A stretch of 64,000 bases of DNA. It comes from a bacterium (lineage in GTDB: Bacteria; Patescibacteriota; Minisyncoccia; Minisyncoccales; CG1-02-41-26). The notes below the pieces were generated by a model. It had not been told where the DNA came from, made no database searches, and saw only the letters and a program-made list of their open reading frames with translations. A program made the translations under genes and the position numbers. This document shows, one piece after another, positions 41,455 through 51,340 of this stretch; position 1 is the first letter of the stretch; each line of letters begins with the position of its first letter. The stretch is taken from contig JAUVXX010000002.1 in assembly GCA_030603395.1 (NCBI GenBank), positions 79,807 to 143,806 of the forward strand, in the 5' to 3' direction.

Positions 41455-42734
41455 GTTAGAAATTGGGGCATTACTTTATTAAGATTACCCAGGGTGATTG
41501 TGCATAACGCTCTTGTGCCCGTGTGGGCAGAGTCAAAGCAGGCCATGGTTGCGTCTCTATTCCACCTGGGATGTAAATCACACATAAACAAATCTTCAAA
41601 TTTTGCACCGACATATTTACGCGGTGAATAGAGCTTGGCAAGATTGTACCGTTTCTTGTTCTTTGTATCGTACAATATCAGGTATCTGACACGAAACCTG
41701 TCCGGGTAGCTATCGGTGATAATCCATCTGCGGTCTTTTGAAAATGAAGGATGACCGTCAGAATTGAAAGAATCTTCGCCAATAATGGAAAACTCGTCCG
41801 TCCTGTCTTTGAAAAGATAATATTTGTCTCCGTGTTTTTCAGTCCTGGCGTAAGCCAGAATGTTTTCGTTATCTTGCCAGGCAACGTGAGAAACCATTCC
41901 TGAAGTTGGGAAAATAAAAATATTCTTGCCCTTCAAATCACAGGAGAGCATTCTGGTCCATTGTCGGTTGCTGCGTTGCTGCCAACGGTGGAAAAAAACG
42001 AATCTTTCGCCTGAAGGTGAAAACTGGCAATGGGTGAAGTAGTGAAATGCTCCAGCCATTGAGGGCTCTGGTTGAATTTTTGCAATATCAGCTACGGTAA
42101 AAATCAGCTGAGTTTGCCCTGAGGCAATATCAATGAGGCGGAGGCCATGTTTTGAAGGCAGCAGGCTCTCCTGCTCGGGATCAACGCCGTTGGCGTATCC
42201 GTATCCATGCGGGGAGCTGTGCAGGCGAGCAAAACTATAGCTTAATGCCTTTGCACCTCCGGGACTAATAGCCGCTACCGGTATAGAAAGTGTCAGTAGA
42301 AGTTCCCCCACTTTGTTAACGATTCGAGCAACGTGCCCCTTCCCATCGTAATCATTAAAGGCAATATTGCCTGAGCTGCCCACCCATTGGAGCATAGCAC
42401 CCTGGTGCCAGTTCCAAGCCCTGGTGCTTCCGACCCCCTTGAAATCTCGGTAATTCGGACCAGAAAAATATCCAACCTCAACAATGTCATTGGGTTCTGG
42501 CATCCGCAGAGGAACAGCAAAACGATGGGCCAGCAGCATTTGATTATCAGCAGACCAGGGACATTTGTCGTGAAAACCAAAGAAAAAATCCTCCCGAACC
42601 TCTATCCGGTAGGCGGACTGTGTCCGTTTAACCGGCACTAAGTCGCACATTCTTTGGTAAACATCCCTTATCCGTCTTTTTAGGCGCGGGTTATTTTTTA
42701 CTAAATTATAAATAAACAATTCTAACTTGTTCAT
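41451..42734 (-). CDS. Beta-propeller protein (TolB/oligogalacturonate-lyase-like)
   Basis: FFGFHDKCPW, AWNWHQG, H..FSPSG, DGHPSFS, TDSYPD and CDLHPRW repeats. Confidence 0.65.
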   Translation of the reverse strand: MNKLELFIYNLVKNNPRLKRRIRDVYQRMCDLVPVKRTQSAYRIEVREDFFFGFHDKCPWSADNQMLLAHRFAVPLRMPEPNDIVEVGYFSGPNYRDFKGVGSTRAWNWHQGAMLQWVGSSGNIAFNDYDGKGHVARIVNKVGELLLTLSIPVAAISPGGAKALSYSFARLHSSPHGYGYANGVDPEQESLLPSKHGLRLIDIASGQTQLIFTVADIAKIQPEPSMAGAFHYFTHCQFSPSGERFVFFHRWQQRSNRQWTRMLSCDLKGKNIFIFPTSGMVSHVAWQDNENILAYARTEKHGDKYYLFKDRTDEFSIIGEDSFNSDGHPSFSKDRRWIITDSYPDRFRVRYLILYDTKNKKRYNLAKLYSPRKYVGAKFEDLFMCDLHPRWNRDATMACFDSAHTGTRALCTITLGNLNKVMPQFLT

Positions 42735-42735
42735 A

Positions 42736-43626
42736 TTATTTTCTATAAAAACTTGACCCCCGATTCATAATTAATCTCATAAGTTTAATAAGCGGGGCAA
42801 AAAGCCAATACATTCCAGAGTAGGTAACTAACCAACGATAGATGGTATAAACTAAACCTTTTTTTCTTTTTGTCAAGCCGTCTTTCCCTAGCTTGTAATC
42901 ACAATCACGAAGGGTAAAGAGATGAGGATAACCTCCAGCTAAGGCAAGATTACGCTTTGCTTCAACTCCGGTGTATATCCCTTTTTGTCCTCCTAAGTCG
43001 CTGGGATAATCATGATATTGATGGATAATAAAAACCTGCTCAGTAATATCTACAACTGGGATATTTTTGGTATGGGTATAGTAAAATAACCAATTATCAA
43101 AAATAGCCCTACCTAAGGTAAAAGGTGGTATCTCATCATAAACCTCTTTGGGAAACATAAAGATATCACTACCGGTATGACCTTGGCGTTCGCCATTTTT
43201 CTTTACATAGGATTTTATTTTTTCCTCCCAATCAGTTGAAAAGTCAATTAATTGAGAGATATCTACGTTCCACCTCCGACCTATTATAAGACATCTTGCT
43301 AAATGCTGACGAACAAATTGATGGGCTTTTAAAAAATCGTTTGTCAAAATAACATCCGATGTTATGTGACACAACCAATCATTGGAAGCTGCTTTTTTTG
43401 CCTCCCGAAAAATAGAGCTATATAATGGGGTTCCATATTCGTTCTTTTCAATCTCCGGGATGTGGCGAAGGTGAAGGTCATCGGCAATTTCTTTAGTGCC
43501 CTCCTCGTCTCCCATTAAAATAATCTCCGGTTTGGGACGGAGAAGCGTCCAGCTTTTAATGGCATTTGTCTGGATTATTCCTATATGTCCCTTGAATGGT
43601 TTTGGAACAGCGATTAGAGTTAGCAT
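42736..43626 (-). CDS. Putative GT-A fold glycosyltransferase
   Basis: PKPF..H...IQ.NAI.SW, TSDVIL, GR..FDNW and IHQYH; glycan-locus context. Confidence 0.6.
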   Translation of the reverse strand: MLTLIAVPKPFKGHIGIIQTNAIKSWTLLRPKPEIILMGDEEGTKEIADDLHLRHIPEIEKNEYGTPLYSSIFREAKKAASNDWLCHITSDVILTNDFLKAHQFVRQHLARCLIIGRRWNVDISQLIDFSTDWEEKIKSYVKKNGERQGHTGSDIFMFPKEVYDEIPPFTLGRAIFDNWLFYYTHTKNIPVVDITEQVFIIHQYHDYPSDLGGQKGIYTGVEAKRNLALAGGYPHLFTLRDCDYKLGKDGLTKRKKGLVYTIYRWLVTYSGMYWLFAPLIKLMRLIMNRGSSFYRK

Positions 43627-44948
43627 AAATGTTTTAGAAGCTCAATAATGTTTGAAAATCCTTCTGATTCTAATTTTGTTTTGGGTTTCTTCTGGTATTT
43701 ATTATCGCGGATTGACTCTAAAATATTAATAAACTTCTCTTCGGTATCAACATATTCAATCCCTTCAAAATCTTTATAATAATCTCCTAAAAACTCGTGG
43801 AGAAAATCTAAAGATAATATTGGTTTCTCCGGACGTTGCAGAGAAGCAGTAAAAAGAGCAGTACTGGCTGACAAAGGTAATTCTATGATAACATCAGCTA
43901 TGGCAATGTATTTATCTGCCGGCTCTTGAGGATTGACAACTTTAATATTTTTGGAAATCGTTTCTAAGCTTCCTTTTATTTTATTAATATCTTTAGTACC
44001 CGGATGAGGTTTTATATAAATTTTCCATCCCGAAAGCATTTCACTGATTAATTTGACGGTGGCAATCCAGTTTTTTTCTCTTTCTTCTGTTGGAATTAAA
44101 GAATAATCATTTTTTCTAAATCCAATTTCCGTGTCTATTGGCAGCATTAAACTCACAATTTTTGCATTTTCTTTATATTTTTTTAACTTATTCAAATATA
44201 TTCTTTCAAAAAACTCTTTATTCCGGGCTAAGGGATGAGATAAAATATATAATTTTTTAGCTGGCACTCCATCTCGGAGGAATATGTCATAATCTCTTTT
44301 TGAGAAAACAGTTTGATAATCAGCATCTCTCATTCCCGATTGACCTCTCCTTAATATATGACTTGACTTTCCAAAAAATGGTTTCTCTCCCACTATTAAG
44401 GGTAAGAGCCAATAATAAAGAAAGTGACCGAAATACTTTCTACATTTTACAAAAAAAAATCTTAACCAAAATGGCAGAAAAGAAGGGAATCTTAAATGGG
44501 CATTTATTAAATCCACCCGTCTTGCTTCTGCGACACTCTCTCCAATATTTGCAACCTGAACAGCGATCTTAAGAATATTTTTTCTTTTGGCAAACCTCAT
44601 TAGATATAATTCAAAAAGAGAATGCATATCACTTGAAGAAATTATAATATCTGGTTTATCTTGTTGCAGAACGTTTTTTGCTAATTTAAAAAGGTAGATA
44701 TTTTTGGCAAATAAGTTCATCTTCTTCCCGGTTAACTGTCGGACAGGTATAATCTTTTCTAATTTGGGAAACAATGTTCTATTTTTAAGAACTTTCTCTG
44801 TTTCTGAGTCTAACTTTTCAGAAAGCAATATTACCGGATAAACTTGGGAAACCTCACAAAGATACCCAATTAAAGTAGTCCGAAACGTCCTGGGAAGAGG
44901 TGCATAAAAGAGGACCTTTTTTATTTTTGAATGGCTTTTCTCTGTCAT
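43620..44948 (-). CDS. Putative GT-B fold (sialyl/nonulosonyl-like) transferase
   Basis: YIKPHP and SASTAL motifs like those of CMP-sugar transferases; lies downstream of the neu genes. Confidence 0.5.
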   Translation of the reverse strand: MTEKSHSKIKKVLFYAPLPRTFRTTLIGYLCEVSQVYPVILLSEKLDSETEKVLKNRTLFPKLEKIIPVRQLTGKKMNLFAKNIYLFKLAKNVLQQDKPDIIISSSDMHSLFELYLMRFAKRKNILKIAVQVANIGESVAEARRVDLINAHLRFPSFLPFWLRFFFVKCRKYFGHFLYYWLLPLIVGEKPFFGKSSHILRRGQSGMRDADYQTVFSKRDYDIFLRDGVPAKKLYILSHPLARNKEFFERIYLNKLKKYKENAKIVSLMLPIDTEIGFRKNDYSLIPTEEREKNWIATVKLISEMLSGWKIYIKPHPGTKDINKIKGSLETISKNIKVVNPQEPADKYIAIADVIIELPLSASTALFTASLQRPEKPILSLDFLHEFLGDYYKDFEGIEYVDTEEKFINILESIRDNKYQKKPKTKLESEGFSNIIELLKHLC

Positions 44949-44956
44949 TTTTAAAT

Positions 44957-46423
44957 TTATTCTCTTTTGAATCTATCTATTATATTATCTAAACTATTGG
45001 AGATATAATTAATTTCTTTTTCTGTTAAATTATTGTAAAAAGGCAAGGCAATGGTCAGGCCTGAGACTTTTTCTGTTAGCGGAAAACTTCCTTTTTTATA
45101 ACCAAACATCTTTACGTAAAATGGCTCTAAATGGATGGGTGGGAAGTAATCCCGGCAATTAATTCCCCTTGCCCTTAATTCTTTTATAATTTGGTCTCGG
45201 TCTTCCTTCAAAAATCGTTTATCATCAAGTCGTATAACATAAACAAACCAGCTCATTTTTACATTAGGAGCAATATAAGGAATTTTTATTCCCTCTATTT
45301 TACTTAACCTCTCATTGTAGAAATTAGCTACCCTCTGTCGTTTTTCAAGCATCTCATCAATCCTCTTCATTTGGACCACTCCTAAAGCCGCGCTCAATTC
45401 GCTCATTCGATAATTGTATCCCAATCTTGAATGAGATAGCCAGGCATCACCTTCATCTCTTCCCTGATTTCGCATACTCTGGCATAACTTTGCTATTTTT
45501 TCATCATTAGTAACAACCATTCCTCCTTCAGCGGTAACAATCTGTTTGTTTGGATAAAAGGCGAAGACGCCTAGACTGCCCAAAGAGCCGCACTTTTTTC
45601 CCTTGTGTTCTGAACCAAGAGCCTCAGCTGAATCTTCAATTAAATAAAGTTTGTATTTTTTAGCGATTCTTTCCAACTCGTCCCAATCAGCCGGATGACC
45701 AAAGATATCGACCACTAAGATAGCTTTGGTTTTTTTAGTAATTTTTTCTTCTATTTTATTAACATCAATACATAAAGTATTCTTATCTATATCAACGAAA
45801 ACCGGTTTTGCTCTTTCAAATAAAATACAGTTGGCTGAAGCAATAAAGCTAAAAGGGCTGGTAATTACCTCATCTCCATCTTTGATATCTAAACTCCTTA
45901 TACATAAATGAAGCCCGCTTGTTCCACTATTTACGGCTATGGCATATTTTGTTCCAGTATAATTAGCTATTTTTTCTTCAAATTCTTTAATTTTAGGTCC
46001 AATGCTCAGAAAAGGCGTAGATAGAACCTGATTTATCGCCTCTATCTCCTTATGGGTAATATCAGGGCTGGAAAGGGGAATAGTTCTTAATTCTGAAAGT
46101 AAAGCAATGTCTATCAAAATTCCTTCATTATCTATTATTGGAATTCCTCGAATGTCTTTCTTGAGCATTATTTCTAATAACTCTGTGGCTGGAGTACTTT
46201 TTGGAGCTGTAATCGGATTGATAGTCATTATTTTTTTAATTGGGGTATTAAAATCTTTACCAGACAATAAAGCCCGACGGATATCTCCATCGGTCGCTAC
46301 TCCAAGAAGTTTTTTATTTTCATTAACAATAAAAACTATTCTGATGCCAGATTTATTAATACGTTCCATCGTTTCCCGAATAGTACTGGATTCTATAACT
46401 ATGACTGAATCAATTTTATTCAT
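44957..46423 (-). CDS. CBS-pair plus DegT-family aminotransferase fusion
   Basis: LLGVATDGDIRRALL CBS pair, then NSGTSGLH, IEDSAEA and FAFYPNKQI. Confidence 0.88.
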   Translation of the reverse strand: MNKIDSVIVIESSTIRETMERINKSGIRIVFIVNENKKLLGVATDGDIRRALLSGKDFNTPIKKIMTINPITAPKSTPATELLEIMLKKDIRGIPIIDNEGILIDIALLSELRTIPLSSPDITHKEIEAINQVLSTPFLSIGPKIKEFEEKIANYTGTKYAIAVNSGTSGLHLCIRSLDIKDGDEVITSPFSFIASANCILFERAKPVFVDIDKNTLCIDVNKIEEKITKKTKAILVVDIFGHPADWDELERIAKKYKLYLIEDSAEALGSEHKGKKCGSLGSLGVFAFYPNKQIVTAEGGMVVTNDEKIAKLCQSMRNQGRDEGDAWLSHSRLGYNYRMSELSAALGVVQMKRIDEMLEKRQRVANFYNERLSKIEGIKIPYIAPNVKMSWFVYVIRLDDKRFLKEDRDQIIKELRARGINCRDYFPPIHLEPFYVKMFGYKKGSFPLTEKVSGLTIALPFYNNLTEKEINYISNSLDNIIDRFKRE

Positions 46424-46835
46424 ATTTTTTAATATCTTTTTTGCTTAATTTTCTGATTAATTTTACTGGTATTCCCAAAGCCAAGGTATTTTTAGGAATG
46501 TCTCTATTGACAAAACTAAAGGCCCCCACAATAGAATTTTCTCCAACAGTCACCCCCGGCATTACCAACGAATGAGAACCTATTTTACAATTCTTTTTTA
46601 GAACTACTTTTCCTTTTTTATCATCAATGGTGGAAACAGAATAAATGGAACAATGGGAGCCCAATTGTACATAATCTTCAATTATCACCCCTTCCTTAGC
46701 ATTAATATAGGTGAAAGCACCGATGTCGGTTTTGTAGCCCAATTTAAGGTTCTCCTTATTTTTAACCAGCCAGTTATATTTTGTCAACTTTCCCTCTTCA
46801 ATTTTTGGATACTTCCAATTTTTAAATCTCGTCAT
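46416..46835 (-). CDS. Hexapeptide-repeat acyltransferase
   Basis: IGSHSLVMPGVTVGENSIVGAFSFV and GIP.K. Confidence 0.88.
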   Translation of the reverse strand: MTRFKNWKYPKIEEGKLTKYNWLVKNKENLKLGYKTDIGAFTYINAKEGVIIEDYVQLGSHCSIYSVSTIDDKKGKVVLKKNCKIGSHSLVMPGVTVGENSIVGAFSFVNRDIPKNTLALGIPVKLIRKLSKKDIKKYE

Positions 46836-46868
46836 ATTTTGTAATTTTTTATTTGTTTGATTTCAACC

Positions 46869-46897
46869 TTGACTTTTAATGTATTTTATTTTATAAT
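46869..46897 (+). promoter_or_regulatory. Promoter of the EamA gene
   Basis: TTGACT-17 bp-TATAAT. Confidence 0.7.
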
Positions 46898-46949
46898 CTA
46901 AATTAGTTTCTTTAATAAAAACTTTAAAATGAAATGAAAGGAAGAAAAG

Positions 46950-47822
46950 ATGACTTGGCAAATCGCTTTAGGAGTATTGTTAGTTATCAATATTGGCAGT
47001 GTGATTCTTTCAAAACTTGCCAGCGACGCGCTACCAGAGAAGTCAAAGGGAATATTTTGGCTGTATCTGTTTAGCGCCTGCATAGTGGTTCTCTGGTTCG
47101 GTTTTTCCGGAAAGGAGTTTGGTGTCGGAGTAGCGGTTTTTCTGATGATAATTGCTATTGGATTCATAAACGGCTTTGGCAACTACTGTATGTGGAAAGC
47201 ATTTGGAGAAAGTTTAAGTAAAAGTGTATTATTCTTTCCCTTAATGGAGGTCTGTGCTATTGGACTAGCAGTGTTTTTCCTTGGGGAATTTCAGCTCTGG
47301 AATCAGCAATTGCTACTGGGGGCTATTTTATGCTTTGCCGCAATATGGATTTTCCGTTTTACCTGCAGTAGATCTGCAAAAAAGGGCAAGGCAAGCAAGA
47401 TATGGCTGTTTTCTATTCTGGGAATGGTCATTGTCGGAGGACTGACTACCTTTCTAGTGCAAGTTTGCTCTTTTACTATCCCAAAAGGAACATTTCTAAT
47501 GGGATGGTATATTGGCTCTTTCTTGAGTACGCCTGTCCTACTGAAACTTGAAAAGGCAAATCCTTTTCAAAAAATCTCCAAAAAAACTGTTTTGCTTTGT
47601 CTGGTAACGGCGGTGGCCATCGTTGGAGCTCTCGGAGCTCTGTACTGGACCTACCAGTTAGGAGGTCCAGCAAGTTCGGTCCTGCCCATCAAGGGATTAG
47701 CCATCACCATTATTCCAGTAATCATTGGCTGGTTAATCCTTAAAGAAAGGAGATTATCAAAAACAGAGTGGCTGGGATTTGTGGTCGGGCTTATCGGGGC
47801 GATACTGATTTTGCTTCGCTAA
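46950..47822 (+). CDS. EamA/DMT-superfamily transporter
   Basis: About 10 TM helices in two repeats (FFLGE and ILKE..S...WLG). Confidence 0.8.
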   Translation: MTWQIALGVLLVINIGSVILSKLASDALPEKSKGIFWLYLFSACIVVLWFGFSGKEFGVGVAVFLMIIAIGFINGFGNYCMWKAFGESLSKSVLFFPLMEVCAIGLAVFFLGEFQLWNQQLLLGAILCFAAIWIFRFTCSRSAKKGKASKIWLFSILGMVIVGGLTTFLVQVCSFTIPKGTFLMGWYIGSFLSTPVLLKLEKANPFQKISKKTVLLCLVTAVAIVGALGALYWTYQLGGPASSVLPIKGLAITIIPVIIGWLILKERRLSKTEWLGFVVGLIGAILILLR

Positions 47823-47857
47823 GTTAACAAGATAAGAACATCATAAACAGGAACGTC

Positions 47858-47893
47858 GGGGAGTAAAAGACAATTTTGCTCCCCTCTTCTTTT
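47858..47893 (+). terminator. Intrinsic terminator of the EamA gene
   Basis: GGGGAGTAAAA-GACAA-TTTTGCTCCCC followed by TCTTCTTTT. Confidence 0.7.
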
Positions 47894-47905
47894 GCGCAGA
47901 ATTCT

Positions 47906-49057
47906 TTATTGATAACTGATTTGTTTTTGTAATAATTTTTTATCTATTTTTATTTCACTTAAGATGTTGGCGATCCTTGGACCTGTCTTACCGTCTCCGT
48001 AAGGATTTTTACATCTTTTTACCTTTTGTCCAAATTTTTTATCATAAAGCGCTTTCTTAATCGCTCTTTTTATCTGCTCTTTGCTAAAACCTACATCAAT
48101 TACATTGGCTACTCTCTCTCTTCCTTTCTGTCTTTGGCCAATATTTACCGTTGGCAAATTAAATGAGGGTGCTTCTATTATTCCCGAGCTTGAGTTACCC
48201 ACTAAGACGCTCACTATTCTCATCAAACTCAAGTAATCTTTATGAGGGACATTTTTATAAATTTGGATAAAGGGATATTTTCTATATCGTTCAATAACTT
48301 TTATCATTCTTCTACCACCCGCATCAGAATTCGGATAAATGATAATTGTCTGGCAGCCAAGTTCTTTTACTGCTTTCATTGTTTCTCTCATCTGTTTCCC
48401 GGCATCTTCAACCTCTGTTGTTACCGGATGTTGGAGTACCAATAAAATTGGTTTGTATAAATCCAATTTATATTTTTTTGCTGTATTTTTTTTAGAAAAT
48501 AATCTTTCACCTAAAATACTGTCTAAACCCGGGGCACCCACTACAAATACTCGCTGTTTATCCTCGCCCATTCTTATTATCCTTTCGGCTGATTTTTTTG
48601 TGGCTGGAAAGTGAATGTGAGACAGCTTGGTTATGGCGTGTCGAGCAAATTCATCAACGGTAGAGGTAATATCCCCGCCGTGGCTGTGAGCAACTGGAAT
48701 TGTCAAATATGCTCCCACTATTGCTCCTGATAACATCTCTGCTCTATCTCCTTCTATCAAAATAATGTCGGGTTTTATGCGTTTAATAACTCTGGTAAGC
48801 TTTAAGGTAAATTCTCCAATAAAATTAGACATTGATTCTTTGTTGTCTCTTTTATATATTGCCTTTATCTTATGAACTTTAAAATTATCTTTTTTTATCT
48901 CGCTTATGGTCTTACCAAATTCAGACATTAGGTGCATTCCAGTGACCACTATTTCTAACTTTAATTTCGGATGCCTGTTAATGCAGAATAAAGTCTTCCT
49001 CATTAAACCATATTCTGCTCTTGTGCCCGATATGTATAAAATTTTTCTTTTTTTCAT
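47906..49057 (-). CDS. neuC: Hydrolysing NDP-sugar 2-epimerase (NeuC/LegG family)
   Basis: GTRAEYG, TGMHL, GDR.E, HGGD, RHAITKLSH and GNSSSGIIEAP. Confidence 0.93.
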   Translation of the reverse strand: MKKRKILYISGTRAEYGLMRKTLFCINRHPKLKLEIVVTGMHLMSEFGKTISEIKKDNFKVHKIKAIYKRDNKESMSNFIGEFTLKLTRVIKRIKPDIILIEGDRAEMLSGAIVGAYLTIPVAHSHGGDITSTVDEFARHAITKLSHIHFPATKKSAERIIRMGEDKQRVFVVGAPGLDSILGERLFSKKNTAKKYKLDLYKPILLVLQHPVTTEVEDAGKQMRETMKAVKELGCQTIIIYPNSDAGGRRMIKVIERYRKYPFIQIYKNVPHKDYLSLMRIVSVLVGNSSSGIIEAPSFNLPTVNIGQRQKGRERVANVIDVGFSKEQIKRAIKKALYDKKFGQKVKRCKNPYGDGKTGPRIANILSEIKIDKKLLQKQISYQ

Positions 49058-50150
49058 ATCTTATCCCAAGTAATTAACTCGTCTTTTTTAATATCTTCCT
49101 TAGCAACTTTGCCAAAAACTTTTTCAAGGTATTTGGGCTTAAGTCCTGTCCCCGGTCTTTTAATGACCAACATCTTTTCTTTTATGGTGGCTCCTTTTTA
49201 ATATCTTCAGCTGCTACAATGCTTTTTCTGACTACTTTGGCTACCTCTACTTCGCTTGGCCTGGGTTCCTTAATCCCATCTCCTAAAGCTTCCCCGATAT
49301 CTAACTCTTTAATAATATTTTGGGGATTTTCTTTTTGAGTCAACCTTGTTTCAGTATTTCTTATTCCCTCAACCATTTCCTTTAATTCTTGGGGTTCAAG
49401 AGAGGCTTTGTGGTCGGGTCCTGGTAGGTTTCTGTCTAAGGTAAAATGCTTCTCAATGATGCAAGCACCGAGAGCGACAGTAGCCAAAGAAACATTTATA
49501 TCTTCTGTGTGGTCTGAATATCCAACGGGTAAATTAAATTCTTTTTCCAGTGTTTGAATTGCTTTCAGGTTGACCTCATTTAAAGGTGTCGGGTAGTTTG
49601 TGGTGCAGTGCAATAAAATTAATTCTTTATTGATTGGCAGAATTGTCTCAACTGCTTCCCTTATTTCTTCTAAGTAAGCCATGCCAGTTGATAAAATTAT
49701 TGGCAAGCTCTTTTCAGCGATATATTTCAATATGGGTAAATTAGTTAAATCTCCGCTGCCAACCTTAATAGCCGGAGATAATTCAGCAATAAGGTCAACA
49801 TCTTCTTGACAAGAGTGAGGAGTGGAAAGAAAAATTATATTTTTTTTATCACAATATTTTTTTAATTCTTTAAAATCTTTGTGCTTTAATTCCAGTTTTC
49901 TTAACATTTCTAACTGACTTTCTTTTTTACCAATATTCCTCTTCTGGTAATCAGCCATTCCTGTTTTTTCTGTAACTAAATTCTCTGCTCTAAACACTTG
50001 AAATTTTATAGCATCAACCCCCGCTTCTTTGGCGGCCGCAACTAATTTTTTAGCCAATTTAAGAGAACCGTTATGATTAACTCCAGCTTCAGCAATTATA
50101 AAACAGGGTTTATCTTCTCCTATTATTTTTTTGCCAATTTTAATTTTCAT
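49054..50150 (-). CDS. neuB: Nonulosonic acid synthase (NeuB/LegI family) with a 1-nt frameshift in the SAF domain
   Basis: IAEAGVNHNG, LHCTTNYP, GYSDHT and IEKHFTLD. After DIKK (~49195) the -1 frame continues GATIKEKMLVIKRPGTG...WDKI*, ending in an ATGA overlap with neuC. Confidence 0.88.
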
Positions 50151-50183
50151 TATTTTAAAAGAAAAGGTCTTTCTAAGAATAAT

Positions 50184-51335
50184 CTATTTTCTATTCTTAT
50201 TTTTATCCTCGTTCTCACATTGCTGTTTCCATATTGGATTTTTTACTCTCCATTTACCATTGACTTTTTCAAAAATATTTCTATTTCTCCATTTTTCGAT
50301 AACTTTCCAAAACTCTTTCTCGGTTAATCCTATATAATCTAGAAAAAATTTAAAATATTTTTTAGGAAATTCCCCATCATACTTTTTTACAAGCTTAATT
50401 GCTACCTCTCTGGTTAATCTTCCTTCTCTAATTAAATGGCCAGCATCTGATGTTGCTCGGCAAATCCCAAATTTCATCCACATTAAGTAATAGTGAAAAC
50501 CATCCAGTTTATCATCCAAGCTTGCATAATTAGTAAAGGTACCTTCGGATCGGTTTTTCCGGGCCCGAAAACCACATTTTTCTTTTGCCAGTTCGTAATT
50601 TTTATAGGGATCCCAAAGGTCAAAATGTGAAAAATGAATGAGCTTAATCCCCTTACTTTCAATCTCTTTTTCGCTTGGAAACATAAATGGTTTCAAGTCA
50701 TTTAAAGAAATTTCTTTGTCTATATACTTGTCAACATTCTGCTCGGAATATAAAAATTTTCTAACATATTCTCCATCAAAAACAGGTAAATTTTTTGTTT
50801 TGATTGAACCCCCATATTCAATTTCTGGATCTTCTCCATAAACTACTAATTTAATACCATAATTAATGGCTATTCTTACGGGTGCTGCCATCTGACCAAA
50901 GATAAATGGTAGAAAGGGATCTCCAAATTCTACAAACCCCTTTTTTGTAAGTTTTCTGTAAACTCGTCCATTAGGGATAACTGCAATTAGATCAAAACCC
51001 GAATTAACAAAGTTCTCTAAATTTTTTCGCCCGATATCTGTCGCCAGACCATTTCCTTGCCACGTTACACATAAAGGATGCATACGCAAATCGTGTTTCA
51101 TCCGCCAAGCCACATAAGAACCATCTTTCCCCCCACTGACAGGAATAATACAGTCATAGCTACCATCTTTAGCCCTATATCTATTACAAAATGCTTCTAA
51201 TTTTTTCCATTTTGCTTTCCAATTAATTTTATTAAACTTCTCTTCAGAATACCGACAGGCATTACATACTCCTTCTTCATCAAAAGTAATCCTGGGTCTT
51301 GTATTTGACATTACGCATTTTTTACAATATTTCAT
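50184..51335 (-). CDS. N-acetyl sugar amidotransferase (PseA/WbpG/PtmG-like)
   Basis: YCKKC...TRP, CNAC, PP-loop VSGGKDG, LDD..H and KFG..RA. Confidence 0.9.
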   Translation of the reverse strand: MKYCKKCVMSNTRPRITFDEEGVCNACRYSEEKFNKINWKAKWKKLEAFCNRYRAKDGSYDCIIPVSGGKDGSYVAWRMKHDLRMHPLCVTWQGNGLATDIGRKNLENFVNSGFDLIAVIPNGRVYRKLTKKGFVEFGDPFLPFIFGQMAAPVRIAINYGIKLVVYGEDPEIEYGGSIKTKNLPVFDGEYVRKFLYSEQNVDKYIDKEISLNDLKPFMFPSEKEIESKGIKLIHFSHFDLWDPYKNYELAKEKCGFRARKNRSEGTFTNYASLDDKLDGFHYYLMWMKFGICRATSDAGHLIREGRLTREVAIKLVKKYDGEFPKKYFKFFLDYIGLTEKEFWKVIEKWRNRNIFEKVNGKWRVKNPIWKQQCENEDKNKNRK

Positions 51336-51340
51336 AGTAA

